60,000 nt of DNA from Camelus ferus (taxonomy: Eukaryota). This document shows positions 25,891 to 38,990 of this stretch, in pieces (position 1 is the first letter of the stretch; the number at the start of each line of letters is the position of its first letter). Below the pieces are notes generated by a model. That model worked only from the letters and a program-made list of their open reading frames with translations, ran no database searches and was not told the DNA's origin. The translations under genes were made by a program, and so were the position numbers. The stretch lies in assembly GCF_009834535.1 (NCBI RefSeq), contig NC_045697.1, positions 8,682,001 to 8,742,000 on the forward strand, given 5' to 3'.

Positions 25891-28800
25891 CTAAAAAATT
25901 GATGCACAGAATATCAAAGTTAATGTCTTTGTTTTAGATATATAAACATAAAATCACTACCAAATCTTATTAAGTAATCTTAATATTTATACTTGTATTA
26001 ATTCAACAAGCAACTTTAAGCAGTTCTAATCAGTTACAACGGGAAGAGGGACTTAGCACTCCACCAGGTAAATTTCACTTGCCAACCAGCTATCAGTGGC
26101 AGCAACAGACTAATCAGCTAAATCTCTTTAAATACCCTGATTGTCAAGCTCCTTCTCCTTACTAGCAATTAGAATTTGAGATTTATCAACAGAGAAAACT
26201 AAAACAACGTGATTAAAGATCTGAATCTCATTATGTCCACATATACCAGTTCAATATAAATTTCAGAGAAGTTGCACTTCTGATGTTAAACATTTCTGAG
26301 TAGTTTGTGTCCTCAGCCAGTAAGTACTAATTAAGGAGAGGAAAGCCTGTTTATAGAATTTCATTTCTTTATTGTCCCCTCAAGAAATGTGTCTAATTTT
26401 TCTCTGTATTAAAGATGTTACATAAAAATGATTCTATAGAATGACTAATATTTATCTTTTAAATGAAGAAATTGATATTTTAAGATTAATATTAAGCAGG
26501 CAAAAATATATTCCATTCAAAAGAACTATAAAGCTTAAAGTCACAAGAATATTATAACCAGGACAGATACATATCTACATTTTTTTTTAATAACAACTAA
26601 AGTTGTATTCAAAACTCTGGAGTTTCTTTAGAGTACCATTTCTTAACAAAGCAAAAGAATAATTATTCTAGTAACAACTGAAGTAACTCAGTAACTCAAA
26701 AGCGTCTTAAACATTTTAAATGCACTATTTATTTATTTGTAAACTTCTCCAAAAAGAAGAGAAAGAGAGCTTATGAAGCTTTGCTCTTCAAGATAGACTC
26801 CCAAAGTTAAGGAAAAATAGCTCCTTTTTTTATTTTAAAAGTTAAAATTAGATGTCAACTCCTAAGATAATGAAAACTAAGATAAAATTTCCATGATAGC
26901 TTATTATAGTTAATTATGACATAATTACAATAGTGTAAAACAAAAACTTGGCCAAATTTCAATTCCTTTAAACATAAAGACCTAAAATTCCTTTGACAAA
27001 AGAACTATATTTTTCATATAAATGGCAATTTGTACACACTAACTCTAATTCTTGTAATGTTTAAATTCTCAGCATTTTTAAGAAATTTATAAAATATTTG
27101 GTCAAATATTTACTGAGCACCATAAAAAAGATGTTTTGCTAGACTCTGAGAAATAAACTCACTACACCAAAATGAAAATTTATCTAGCTACCTTGATAAT
27201 ATAAAAAACTGAGAGAACAGAAAAAAAAGATAAGCATTCTTTTTTAAAGCCTTTTGTTTTTCATTTAGCCTTGTTTATGCCATTAAGCTTACTTAACTAG
27301 GAGCACAAAGTCATCTGTGAAGAGGCTCAGAGTTCTACAGAAAAATAATTAACACTACTTACACTACTACAGATATTTCAAAATGTTTAATATATGGGTG
27401 GTTAAAATACTTTTATAAGTCAAAGAAAAACTCAAGGCACATGTAACTTCAGTATAATGTTATTTAAGGTGATTTTTCACTTTCACTTAAGTTTCTCAAA
27501 GATCAGTATTTTTATATTAATGAATATTCAGAAAAATTTTAAGTTTCTTTTCCTGAAAATAGGATTTCTAGCTTTTGAAAGACCTACCCTCACACTTTTG
27601 AGGCAAATATAAAGCTAGAATTTTCAATTGGAACAGAATACAATCTGTCAAAAGTATAGGTCCTTGGAAAAAAGAATTTATTAAAATGGATTCTTATATC
27701 TCCAGACATCTTACTTAACAAATTAAACAGAGAATCAACTGAATCAGTGAGAAGCATTTCCTCTTCAATTATCTAGACCCTGTCTTTCAAAGTCAATAAT
27801 TTCTCACAAGTCATTGCATAAATACCCTTCTTAAACAATTAGGAAGTGAACAACCACCTACCATATCTATAACATTTTTATCTGATTTTTTTTAACTTGG
27901 TGAACAACTGTTAACCATACTACATCTACAAATACTGAAGACACCATAAAAAAAAATTTTGTCTCAAAAAAATCTTAAGAAATATATAATAAAATCCAAA
28001 GTATGAATCAAAACAAGAAAGAAATAGAAACACGTGTTAATAGGAGGAGGAGCTAAATTTCTCTTACAGAAATTGTTAGTGGTCATCTCAATACTCTACT
28101 GCTTCTGTCGGGGTGTATAAAATGCCCTGAGTTACAACTAGCAAGAAAAATGATGCGAGAAAAAAATGGCCAGGAGTTAAATCAGCACACAAATAAGAAT
28201 GAAAGAAAAGGACAGTGAAAGAAACATATGGGAATTTTAGTAGCTGCCAAATAATTTGCCAATAATTTGAGAGCTTAATGGGGTATGGAGAAAAAAAAAA
28301 GCTTGATATATGAATAATGGAAAAAGGTTAGCTTTCTGATGCTGGTAACCAGAAATTTCTTGCAGAAAAAGCCTTTACAGTTTTAAAACACATCAAGATG
28401 ACAAAGACTAAATCAGAACTATCAGGTACTATAAAGAGTATCATTGTTATCCTTCAAAGCAGAATAATAGTCCTAATTCACCAAAACATAAGGGGAAAAC
28501 ATGTGTTGTCCTATACTAGACACAGTTTTAGACAGAAATGAAAAACCTTAATTATTCACACTAAATTAACAATAAGAGGAAAATGTGTAACAGGCTAGAT
28601 GAAAAACTTAAATAGAAAACTATGAACAAATTTCAACTGAGAAATATATACATAATAATGGATGAATACTAGAACAAAATTAACAAAAATTTTAAGAATT
28701 ATAATAGAATGTAGGATAATGAACAATTTTTGTGTCTTTTTACAAGTGTATTAGAGTTACAGTCACTGTAATTTTAAACAGAAAATAAATTACTTATGAG

Positions 28801-29799
28801 TTGACCATAAAAAGATTTAGGAAATAAAAATTAGAAGGCATTCAAAAGAAAATACGAATGATGAGAAAACTATAAAAATAAAGCTTAAATTTTTTATCGA
28901 ATAAGGGTGTTAGAAACAATGCTGATTTATTTAAACAGCTATTCAAAAAGTTGTTACAAGTGTACAAAAACTCATAATAATTAATGCTTTATAAAGAGAA
29001 GTGATCCCAAGTAATTTTCTTCCTCAAAATGTTCCAAAATCATCAGAGCTTATTAAGTTGTTTTCCCTAACAACAAAAATCAATAACAAAATATCAGTGT
29101 GGCAAGAAAGAAATTAACAGAATTCTCCGAATTTTGCATATGAATGACACCTTTCCGGGCCCTAGGAACCCAAATCTCAGAATGAAAGACAGGAGCAGCT
29201 GTGCAATGCTGCCAGCTAGGATGTAGCGAGTCGTCTCCACAGAAACCAGGGTCCAAACTACACCAGTAACACAGAAACGCGCAGCCGAAAACGGGAAACT
29301 GGTTAACAATAACCACCTGCGTTTCTGAAGAATGGCTGGGGAAAGGGATAAGAGAAGAAAGGAGACAACTTAAGCAACGTTCTCGGAAACAACGTTGGCG
29401 CCATTGACAGAAGCGACAGGTGTGAAGGTTCCCCGGGGCAGAGGCTCTTCACCTTATTTGGGGCGTGGATCATAGAAGCCTCTAAGATCTTACCGACCCT
29501 CCCCAGAGAGCAAGGACCGGGCCGGCAACGCTTACTCCATTACAGGAGCTCCACGACCCTGAGTTAAAGACCCCCGCCTACAAAGTAAGGGGACTGGCTG
29601 CCAGATATTCTCACGCACTCACTCTCATTCATTCAACCGTCACCGAAGGATAGACTTTAAGGCAAGGATCCCCTCTGCCAGGCTAGCAGCTCTGCCCTCA
29701 GCATCCAGCTCAGAAGAGTTCAATTGATACTTGTTGAATGAATGCTTGTGTTGACAGGTGCTGCGCTGGGAGCAGAGATGAACAAGTATGATGCTCTAA

Positions 29800-30025
29800 A
29801 ACAGCACCTAACGTTTGTTGAATGCACACCATGTTCTGAAAGCTTCACGTGGATTTTCACATTTTATGTGGATTTGCACACTTTACCCTTGGAGACGACC
29901 CCTATCGATATACCCATCTTACAGACGAACCACAGACAGGATAAGCAATTTGCCCGCTAATGACCTGACCAGTAAAGTGACGGAGCCCCAATTCTCTCAC
30001 CCAGGGAATCTCATTCCAGAGTCAA
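29800..30025 (-). mobile_element. Degenerate MIR
   Basis: TTTGTTGAATGCACACCATG...CCCATCTTACAGACGAA...AAGCAATTTGCCC. Confidence 0.55.
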
Positions 30026-30478
30026 GCTCTTGGGAGCTCCCCGTGCAGTGGAGGCATCAGAAAAACAGTAAAGGGGGGGAAGGGAACAAAATGTGACCTG
30101 GACTAAAGTTAAAAAAAAAAAAAAAAAAGATAAGATGTCTTCCTTGAGAGTCCCCAGAGGCGAGAAGCTGGAAAGCTTCCCAGGGAGATGCTGGCCCGTG
30201 TCTTGAAGAAGTAGGAGTTCGCGATAGAGACAGGGAGTTGGGAAATGCCTTTTTCTTCTTCATTTTTTAATGTAAGGGGAGCTGGACAGTTCTCGTCGGA
30301 CTTCACCAAGCACCTAATATGTGTCCGGTCCCAGGCCACGACCTGGAGGGCCCGGGCCCACAGGCCCCGGGGTTCAAAGAAATAAGGCGACGCCGCGGGG
30401 AGGGGAGGAGGCTGGGGGCGCCAGGGCCGCGCCAGGGTTGCTACAGGCCTGGCACGGCGGGCCCGCTCGAGGACTGAC

Positions 30479-30553
30479 CTTCCCGGAGGTGCCGTCCCCC
30501 AGCACGACGATTTTCAGTTGCCGGTCCTGGCTCTCCTCCTCAGAGTCCGACAT
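30479..30553 (-). CDS. RAB28: RAB28 coding exon 1 ([25 protein letters not shown])
   Basis: ATG at 30553 in ACCATGT context. Translation matches the RAB28 N-terminus and P-loop GxxxxGK(T). Donor AAG|GTCAGT at 30478. 75 nt, phase 0. Confidence 0.98.
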
Positions 30554-30717
30554 GGTGTCCCAGGAACCAGGCCCGCCTCCCCTCCCTCCCCCACCGAAGT
30601 AGAAGGAGGAAGGGAAGGAGGGAGTCTCCGGGGGCGGGGGAGAGGAGGAAGGGCAGCGGTGGGGACAGAACCCCCCGCCCCGGTGTCTCAGCGGCCGCTG
30701 CAGGTAACCGGGGAGAA

Positions 30718-30735
30718 TCACTCGCCAGGCGCCAT
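30718..30735 (-). other. Upstream ORF MAPGE* in the RAB28 5'UTR
   Basis: AAGATGG (A at -3, G at +4), ATG GCG CCT GGC GAG TGA. Out of frame with the main ATG. Requires a TSS upstream of 30735. Confidence 0.55.
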
Positions 30736-30739
30736 CTTG
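30728..30739 (-). promoter_or_regulatory. YY1 motif CAAGATGGCGCC near the probable TSS
   Basis: Matches the YY1 consensus CAAGATGGCGGC, which is typically just downstream of CpG-island TSSs. Confidence 0.65.
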
Positions 30740-31105
30740 CCCGCCTCCCCTCCCCCTGCGCGAGGCCACGCCCCCCGCGCGCTACGTCGGGCGCGCACCC
30801 CAGCCTCTGCTCCAACCAGCGCCGAACGCGAGCTTCCCTGGCCGGCCGGCCCATCAGCCTGCCTGAGATGAGGAGGCGTTCGAACACAGCAGGCGAGACG
30901 CGGCGCTACCCTTGCAGGGACAGTTGGAGGAAGAAAACAGAGGATGTGTACTATTCAAGCTAGATAGAAAATGGGGGCATGGTAGCACGCAGGCGTTCTA
31001 TTCAATTCTATTGTTTCCAGCTCCCTGTGAAGGCCCCCCCTCCCCTGGAGAGAATGGTTTAGCCTGTCTGGTAACGGGGGGGTGACGCCTGGGCTGCTCG
31101 CCGAG

Positions 31106-31119
31106 GTTGCCATGGAAGC
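31106..31119 (+). promoter_or_regulatory. RFX X-box motif GTTGCCATGGAAGC
   Basis: 12/14 match to the palindromic X-box GTTGCCATGGCAAC, upstream of a ciliary gene. Confidence 0.7.
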
Positions 31120-31436
31120 CAGGACCCGGCGGAGCGGCGGCGGGGCGGGGCCTGTCTCAGGGCGCCGCGGACGCTGGTTTCCCGGCGGAGCGCGCAGGGG
31201 AGGGCCGTCTGGGGCGGTATCGGCACCGGGGGTCGCGCCCCGGGAAGAGAGGCGGCGGCGCGGCGGCGGAGGGAGCTGTTACTAAGGGCGTCGCTGCCGG
31301 GCGGCGAGTCTGCGGTGGCGGCTGAGCGTAGAACGTAGCTGTGGCGGTGCCTCTTGTTTTCTCCTCTTAAACACTGGGTTTTCTCATCCAAACAACGGAA
31401 TCCGATGCTTCGCTCCCGAAGCACGTACGCTAGAAG

Positions 31437-31760
31437 CAGCAGTTCTCAAAGTGCGGTCTGGGGGGACCTTGGGAGCCCTGACAAAGTCAAAACTGTTTTC
31501 CCAATAATACAAACAATTTTTTTTTTGCCTTTTTCACCTTCATTCTCTCACAAATATACATAGACGTTTCCCGGAGGATGCATGATGTGTATGACGTCAT
31601 CTAACGGAGCGTATGCTTGTTATTCTTTCAAACACTTTTCAGTACTCATCTTAGTGTAGTAATGATAGCTATAACTTACCTAAACAAATGCTCTTTGGGG
31701 TTCACAATAATTCTTAAGAGTGAAGAGGGGCCGTGACCCCAAAAAGTTTTAGAACTGCTG
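31437..31760 (+). mobile_element. hAT-Charlie non-autonomous DNA transposon (Charlie4a-like) bordering the CpG island
   Basis: Perfect 10-bp TIR CAGCAGTTCT...AGAACTGCTG; internal GTCAAAACT...TTGCCTTTTTCAC and CTCTTTGGGG...AATAATT motifs. Confidence 0.8.
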
Positions 31761-31844
31761 TCCTGAATGGATGATTTCAGTTCAAGAAGGTAGGTAAAAG
31801 ACATAACTGAAAATTTCAATATAGTAAGATAAATTCCACAACAA

Positions 31845-32250
31845 TAATGCCAGCCTACTATGTCTCCCTGTTAACTGCTTTACGTGGATTATCACGTTGG
31901 CTCCTCATGGGAACCCTGTAAAACAAGAATTATCTCAGTTTACAGATGAGGAAACTTAGGTCACAAAAAGCTTAGCTCAGAAGCAGTAGTCCTGGAAAGA
32001 ATATGGGAATTCAAATGGGAAAGCAGTACGGTGTCAAGAATTACCTTGCCCTTGCAGCAGCACTGGCTTTCTCATCACAGACCTGCACTTACTAGATGTG
32101 TGAGCTTGAGCCACAATTTCCTAATCTATAGAACAGAGACACTACCTCCTTCATAGGGTTGAGAATTAAATGACATCATCACTGCAAAGTAACAGAGTAC
32201 AGTGCCTGGTACATGATAAGTGCTCAGTGTTAACCAGTGCAATTACCACC
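31845..32250. mobile_element. Two MIR SINEs in opposite orientation
   Basis: TTACAGATGAGGAAACT (about 31940, minus) and CACTTACTAG...CATAGGGTT...CAGTGCCTGGTACA (about 32085-32230, plus). Confidence 0.75.
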
Positions 32251-33964
32251 CTCGTCATCATCATCATTAGATACGGTCCATATTGGACAATCACTGCTTT
32301 CTACCCATGTTACTCTAAGCAGAGTTCCTATGTGGAACCCCAGTCCCTTCATCTGTAGATAGGGCTGGCCACAGTAGTTGCCACCCAGGTGCCCAGATCT
32401 TTCTCTCTCCCCCCAATCACCACCATCAACTTTCTACATCACTGGGTGTGTTAATGAGAATTAGAAGAAAAAGGTGAGTGAGAAAGCTTTGCCAGGTTCT
32501 TTGTAAATGTTCCTTTGAGGAATCTGTTTCTAATGAGGACAGATTTAACCCCTTCTTGTCCATGAGAGGAGTTAATGTGGCAGTGGTTGGCTTTTCTACT
32601 CTTCCTGAATGGAGATGGTTATGAGACCCAGTCTAACCAATGAGACAGAGAGAATGTCCTTTGGGAAATATCTGGTTTTCTTCTCTGATAGAAGAAGGAG
32701 AAGGGGAGGCAGGAGGGGGAGAAGAAGGAGAAAGAATAAAAAGAGAGACACAGAAGGAAAGATGTCCCCTCCCTTCCTCTGTTGTCATTATTTGGGAGAG
32801 GACATAATGCTTGGAACTGCTACAGCCTTCTACACCCTACCTTCCAGGCTTCTTGTTATGAGGAGTAATACTTACGTAGCTTAGTGATGTATTCCTTTAC
32901 TTGCTGACAAAAACACCCCAACTGGCACAAATGCTTTGGCTGAACACCAGATTTAGTTAAGGCCATAGGATCAATTTTCATGTGTGGTTTCGTAGGAAGG
33001 GAAATCTGGAAGAAAACTTTGCATTTTCTAATCACCAGTTTCCTAGACACCAGTTTGATGGAGAGATATCATTTATTTGGTTGTGTTCATCCCTGGGGCA
33101 GTATTGCTACATGAAACAAAAAGCCAATTGCATTTGTTCAGTGACCATGTTTTACACACTTGTGGCAAGATTCCAGGTTGAAAATTAGATTTGAAGACTT
33201 GAAGTCATGTACATAAATTAAAAAGAAAAAAAAATGTCTTGTGTGGAAGACCATGCTAGATGGCACCAAAAGCTTCAGTGCGGTGCTTTATTATCCCAAA
33301 GAGAAATAGAGCTGATCCACAGAAAAGAAAAATGTCTCTGTGGAGCCTCTGTAAAATGCCCACAACAGGGTCATAAACTAGGGAATCTTTTTTAGTGGTC
33401 TTAAAACTAATAAATTAACAAAATGCTTAGAGATTAATTCTAGAAATTGCAAGAAACTGGAGATCTTTAGATAGGAAGAAATTGAAATAGTTACACAAGA
33501 TAAACCTGTCTGCTATCTGTAAAACCACCTTCCTACCTCATTTTAAAATATCATTTTTAGTGTCCTTAACAGGTGATAAACCAAATTTTGTTGGAATGCA
33601 TCCTGATTTCAAGGAGTTTATTCCTTCATGAAGTACCTTAGACTATGGACAGACTGGCCTGGTCATTAGAGTATTCTTTCTGATGAGCTGAAGTCTCTCA
33701 TTAAAAATTCCAATGAATGGTATCGGGTGAGACTTCGGGAATAAAATAGGACTTCCCCATTCTAAAGGAAGGTCTTCAAATTGATCCCCTGTGTTTAGTG
33801 AATATTTGACAAGTATTAAGTGAACACCTACTGTGGGCCTTGTTCACAGCTCTTCTAAGCAGTGAGGACACTCATTCAAGGGCTCTGCTCCCACGGAACT
33901 TGCAGTTTTGTGGGGAGGTTAGTAGACTAAAGATACCAGGTCCCAGTCCCTGTTTTCTGTTTAA

Positions 33965-34226
33965 CTCAGACAGAAAAAGAGAAGGCAGTGTGACCATGGA
34001 AGTAGACACTGGACTGATACAGCCACAGTGCCAACGAATGTAGGGAACCACCAGTAGCTGGAGGAGGACAGGAATGAAGAGAGGTCAGGCCTGGCAACAC
34101 CTTGAATTCAGCCCAGCGAACACTGATTTAGGACCTCCAGCCTCCAAAACTGCGAGAGAATAAATTTATGTTGTTTTAAGAACCACAGTTATGGTATTTT
34201 TTTACAGTGACCACAGGAAGCTAATA
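33965..34226 (+). mobile_element. MaLR LTR (MLT1-like) 3' part
   Basis: CTCCAGCCTCCAAAACTGCGAGAGAATAAATTT...GTTTTAAG...CACAGGAAGCTAATA. Confidence 0.8.
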
Positions 34227-34544
34227 AAAAGAGGAACATAAAATTTTAATAAATGAACAGGAAAATTTCAGATTCAGATAAAAGAGATACTAAAACAGCC
34301 AATGGATAGGATGAAGAGTAAAAATACCTGAGCATTTTTATTCACCAATGAATGTGAGAAAATAGTGAATCAGTGAGTAGACTGATTTCAAAAACCATGG
34401 ATCTCTGCTACCTTAACAAATCTGATAATCATCCATCAGTTTTCTTTCATCTTTTGCCAATATTTCATAATTTTGAAGATACAGAGCTTAGGACTAAAGT
34501 TCCAGGCAAATATGAATTTGGAAAGAAAGATAAAATATGGTTGA

Positions 34545-35387
34545 ATAATATCACAAATTATTAGGGAAACGAATATCAAAACTACAATGAGGTATCACCT
34601 CACATCTGTTAGAATGGCTGATAGCAAAAAGACCAAAGATATCAAGTGTTGGTAAAGTTGTGAAGAAAAGAAAACCCTCATACATTATTGGCAGAATGTA
34701 AATTGGTGCAGCCACTATGAAAAACAGTATGGTGATTCCTAAAAAAAAAAATTAAGAATAGAATTACTATATGATCCAGCTATCCCACTTCCGAGTATTT
34801 ATCCAAAGGAAACAAAAACATTAATTAGAAAAGATATATGTACCCCTATGTTCATCCCAGCATTATTTATAAAAGATAATGGAAACAAACTAAGTTTCCG
34901 TCAATGGATGAACTGATAAAGAAGATGTGAGATATATATATATATATATTGCACGTGGAGTATTACTTGGTCATAAAAAAGATGAAATATCTCCATTTGT
35001 GCCAACACAGACAGACCTTGAGGGTATTCCGCTAAGTGATGTAAGTCAGGAGGAGAAAGACAAATACCATATGATTTCACTCATATGTAGAATGTAAGAA
35101 ACAAACAAAATAAAATAAATGAACAAACCAAGCAAAAACAAACATGTAGATACAGAGAACAGAGTAGTGGTTACCAGACAGGAAGGCGCAGGGTGGTAGG
35201 GGGTAGGGTGAAATAGGTAAAGGGAATCAACTGTATGGTGATATGGTGAGGGATGGAAATTAAAATTTTGGTGGTGAGCATGCTGTAATGTATACAGAAG
35301 TCATAATATAATTGTAGACATGAAACTTGTATTAATGTTATAAACCAACATCACCACAATAAAAAAAAAAACAGAAAAGAAAAAAAA
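34545..35387 (+). mobile_element. L1 3' end (ORF2 C-terminus, 3'UTR and A-rich tail), L1MA-like
   Basis: TTMRYHLTSVRMA motif, G-rich 3'UTR, AATAAA plus poly(A). Confidence 0.88.
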
Positions 35388-35589
35388 TGCTGAGTAAGGC
35401 AAAATAATAGCCATGTCCCCAGCTTGTACACTTGATATTGTTGTATTTCTGCTGAAAACCTTAGAAAAATATAGAAATGATCCCCAATATATTGGTTTAT
35501 TAAACTTCTAGAGAACAAAAACAAATAAGCCTGTCTCCCTGAAATTTTCTTCTCCCTTGATTGTATGTATATGTACATGTATACATGTG

Positions 35590-35970
35590 TATGTATGTAC
35601 ATGTGACCACCACCTAGATCAAGATATAAAACAGTTCAGGATCCAAGCAAGCCCCCTTGTGCCATCTGTCAGTCATTACCTCCTTAAAGGTAGCTACTAT
35701 TTTGACCTCAAGCACTATAAATTAGTTTTACCTATTTTTGAGCTTTATCTAAATAGACTCTGTACAATATGTACTCTTTGGTATCTGGCTCTGGTCACTA
35801 GATAGAATGTCTGTGAGATTCATCTGTGTTGTTATGTGTAGCAGTAGCTTGTACTGTTTCATTGCTGCATAGTATCCCATTATGCAGCTTAACCACAACT
35901 TAGTTATCTACTCTACTGCTGATGGACATAGAGATTGTTCCAAGTTTGAGGATGTTATAAATAGTGCTCT
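35590..35970 (-). mobile_element. Old L1M 3' fragment
   Basis: GAGATTCATCTGTGTTGTT...TTCATTGCTGCATAGTATCCCAT...GATGGACAT. Confidence 0.7.
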
Positions 35971-36284
35971 TTAGCACACTTCATCCCTCCTCAAAGGAAA
36001 TCCCAGTCCGCAAATAGCACTCTCCTCACACACACACAAAAATTCTTCTGTCTACATTGTATAGTCTTGAAATGATGAGAGAATTTAATAACCATGGAGT
36101 GATTTTTGAATATACCCTTTTAACATCTACATTTGTTGATTTGCTCTTGGAGTGTCTCACCTATTGTATCAGGTGATCTTCACTGAAACTTCAGAATTCA
36201 CATAGTGTTTTGTTCAGCATTATAAAGATGACTGTTCCACACAAGCAGATTACGCTCACTTTCAATCAAAACCTCCCTTTTTTT

Positions 36285-38990
36285 TAATTGACAGAACAAT
36301 GCTAAGTTTTATCTGAAAGAATAAACACAAGAGGAAAATTAAGGGAAGGGGCAAGAAATAAAAAGATCATCAACATACAACTTAATTTTTCTGAAGGACA
36401 CTAATTATAACTGCAACTATATCATGCAACACCTAGGAATTCATCTTAAAATAAATATGTGTATGGGAAGAATTACAAAACATTTAAGTAAATTGAATAA
36501 ACACTCAATAAATGAAGAGCTATCTCATGCCCATGCATAGGAACACAATATTGTAAATATACCAGTTCTACCAAATAGGCTACAGCCGATTCAATTTCAA
36601 TGAAATTTTTATGAAATTTGAAATGCATATAAAAGGAAAAGATTTAAAATTCACATGGAAGGCAAATATCCAAGAACAGCAAAGGTATTGTAGGAAAAGA
36701 AGAGCAAAGAACTTGCTTTACCAGATAGTAAGGCTTCTCATAAAGCTAAGATAAATTAGTTGGTTATATTCTCACTGAGGAAAACTGGAAAAGCTACACA
36801 TAATATTTTTAATCCGTTTGATATTATCTGAAAAGCACTAAATTATGACATTAAGAGGAAGGAAGCCGAAAGATTAGACACCAGCATTCAGGACCACTGT
36901 CTCCAAAAGGCATCTGCAGAGTCAGGAGTAGAAGTGAGAGACAGGATAAGTAGAACTTTTTAACAGTCTTACAGAGCTGGGGGAAAAAAGGCAGACATTG
37001 GAGTTCAGGGCACATCACGAAGGAATAACTTTCCTAAACCAGCCCCCATTCTTTAGGTTAAGAAGTCCCTGAAAAGCTACATCTTAGGATATACACCACT
37101 GAAAATAGATCACCTCCACAGAAATTTAAGCCAAGCTTTGTGTTACCTCAGTCCCTCATTGAACTAAGATGATCTGGGTTGCTGAATGAACTACCAGAAA
37201 CAAAGCTACGTTCTCTCTGCAGAAATATCAAATTATCTCTACAATCTTTCATAATCAGTATCTAGCACTCTATCTATCAAAAACTTGGTATGTGAGGAGC
37301 AATATGTTGTGACTGAAAATCAAGAGATACTGTGAAAAATAGAAATAACCCACAGAGATCCAGATAATGGAGATATAAAGCATGGACATTAAGTAGCTGG
37401 TATGTATGAGGGTTTATATGACAAGATTGAGAATTTGGTCAGGGAAGTTGAAAATGTAAAGGAGAATCAAATGGAAATTAACAACCAAAAACATAATAAT
37501 TGAAGTTTATCCCAGTAAGTAAGTTTATTAGCAGGTTAGATACAATTGAAGAGAGAAAGAATAAATCAGAAGATAAGTCAGAAGATGATATCTGGATGGA
37601 AGGACACAAAGACAGAAAAAAATACAAAAATGACCATAAGAGACATACAGTATATGGTCAAAATATATCATTGGAGTTCCAGGAGATATGCTTTTTTTTT
37701 CCTGATTCATCACAAAGCTGACAGTCTAGAGCAGTGAGAAAAGAACTCTCTTTTCAATAAATAGTCCTGGGCCAATTGGCTATTCATATAGAACCAAAAT
37801 GAATCCTGAATCCTACCTTACGCCATATTCAAAAATCAATTCTGGGCATTTTGTAAAGCTACTTCTAAAAGTAAGAAAACTTTTGAAAGGTAACATATCC
37901 CAGTGGGGCCTCCAAATAAATAAATAAATAATATCTAGGAAAATATTTTCATGATCTTGGGGTAGGCAAAGATTTCTTACAAAAGAAATTAACCTTTAAG
38001 GGAAAAGTTGATTATATGAGTTAAATTAAAGTTTTAAAATTCTGCTCATCAAAAGGTATCTTTAAGAAAATGAACTATGAAAACCCCACAATGGAAGAAG
38101 ATATTTTCAATTCATATAACTCACAAAGGACTTGTATCTAGAATTGAAAAGGTTTACTTAGTTCAATAAGAAACAGACACAAATAACCCAATATAATATT
38201 GAACATGAGGCTTGAACAGCCATTTCACAAAATAGCCATTAATATTAAAAAAAAGTTCATAACTTCATTAATAATCAAGGAAATGCAAAGAAAAACCAGA
38301 ATGAGTTACCATTGCACCCTCACCAGAATGGCTATGAAATGACAAAAACTGACATGGCCAAACGTTGGAGCCATTAAATGTTCCATGCACTGCTGGTTGG
38401 AGTATAAATTTCTGTAACCACTTCAGCAGCCTTTTTGGCATCATCTACTAAAGCTGAATGTGTATGCCCAATAGCCCAACAATTTCATTTCCTAGTATCT
38501 ATCCAGCCAAGATGCATCCAAGGACATGCCCAAGAATGTTCACAGCAGCATTTTTCATCGTACTCCAAAACTAGGACAAATGTCCATCAACAATGGAATT
38601 GTGGTATATTCACACAGTGGGATATTATGTAGCAATGAAAATGAGTGAGTTGCTACATGGTACAGTATGGAAGAATCTCATTAATATAATGTGGAATGAA
38701 AGAATCCAGACATGAATGAGTACATCCTCCATGATTCCATTTATATAAAGTTGGAAAAAAAAATGTGGTATTAGAAGTCAAAATAATGGTTTCCTTTGGG
38801 GAGGAGGAAGTTGGTCATGATGAAGAGCTTGGCTCAAGGGCAGCTTTTGAAGTACTGGTATCGCTCTATTTTTTTTAACTTGTTTGGTGGTCAGATGGGT
38901 TTGTCCACTTTCCTATACTTCACTAAGGTATATTCTTAAAATTAGTGCCATTTTATGTATGCTATAATTAAATTAAAACTATAAATATAT
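36285..38990 (+). mobile_element. Cluster of old L1ME/L1M fragments (ORF2, ORF1 and 3'UTR pieces)
   Basis: Decayed L1 peptides (e.g. ISRLDTIEER) and the 3'UTR motif ATGATTCCATTTATATAAAGTT. Confidence 0.7.

Larger units (their letters stand above)
30290..31430. promoter_or_regulatory. CpG island / RAB28 promoter, two lobes (about 30290-30910 and 31075-31430)
   Basis: Very high GC and CpG density against an AT-rich, CpG-poor background. Overlaps exon 1. GC box GGGGCGGGGC near 31142; no TATA box seen. Confidence 0.93.

Noticed and set aside
30374..30769. 131-aa ORF as a full protein or N-terminally extended Rab28
   Set aside because: Only 30479-30553 is RAB28 coding. The ORF starts at GTG, runs through GC-rich 5'UTR and reads past the splice donor into intron 1. 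Stop-free frames are expected in CpG islands.
30321..31424. Other overlapping Arg/Pro/Gly-rich ORFs in the CpG island
   Set aside because: Low-complexity translations of GC-rich promoter DNA with no recognisable domain.
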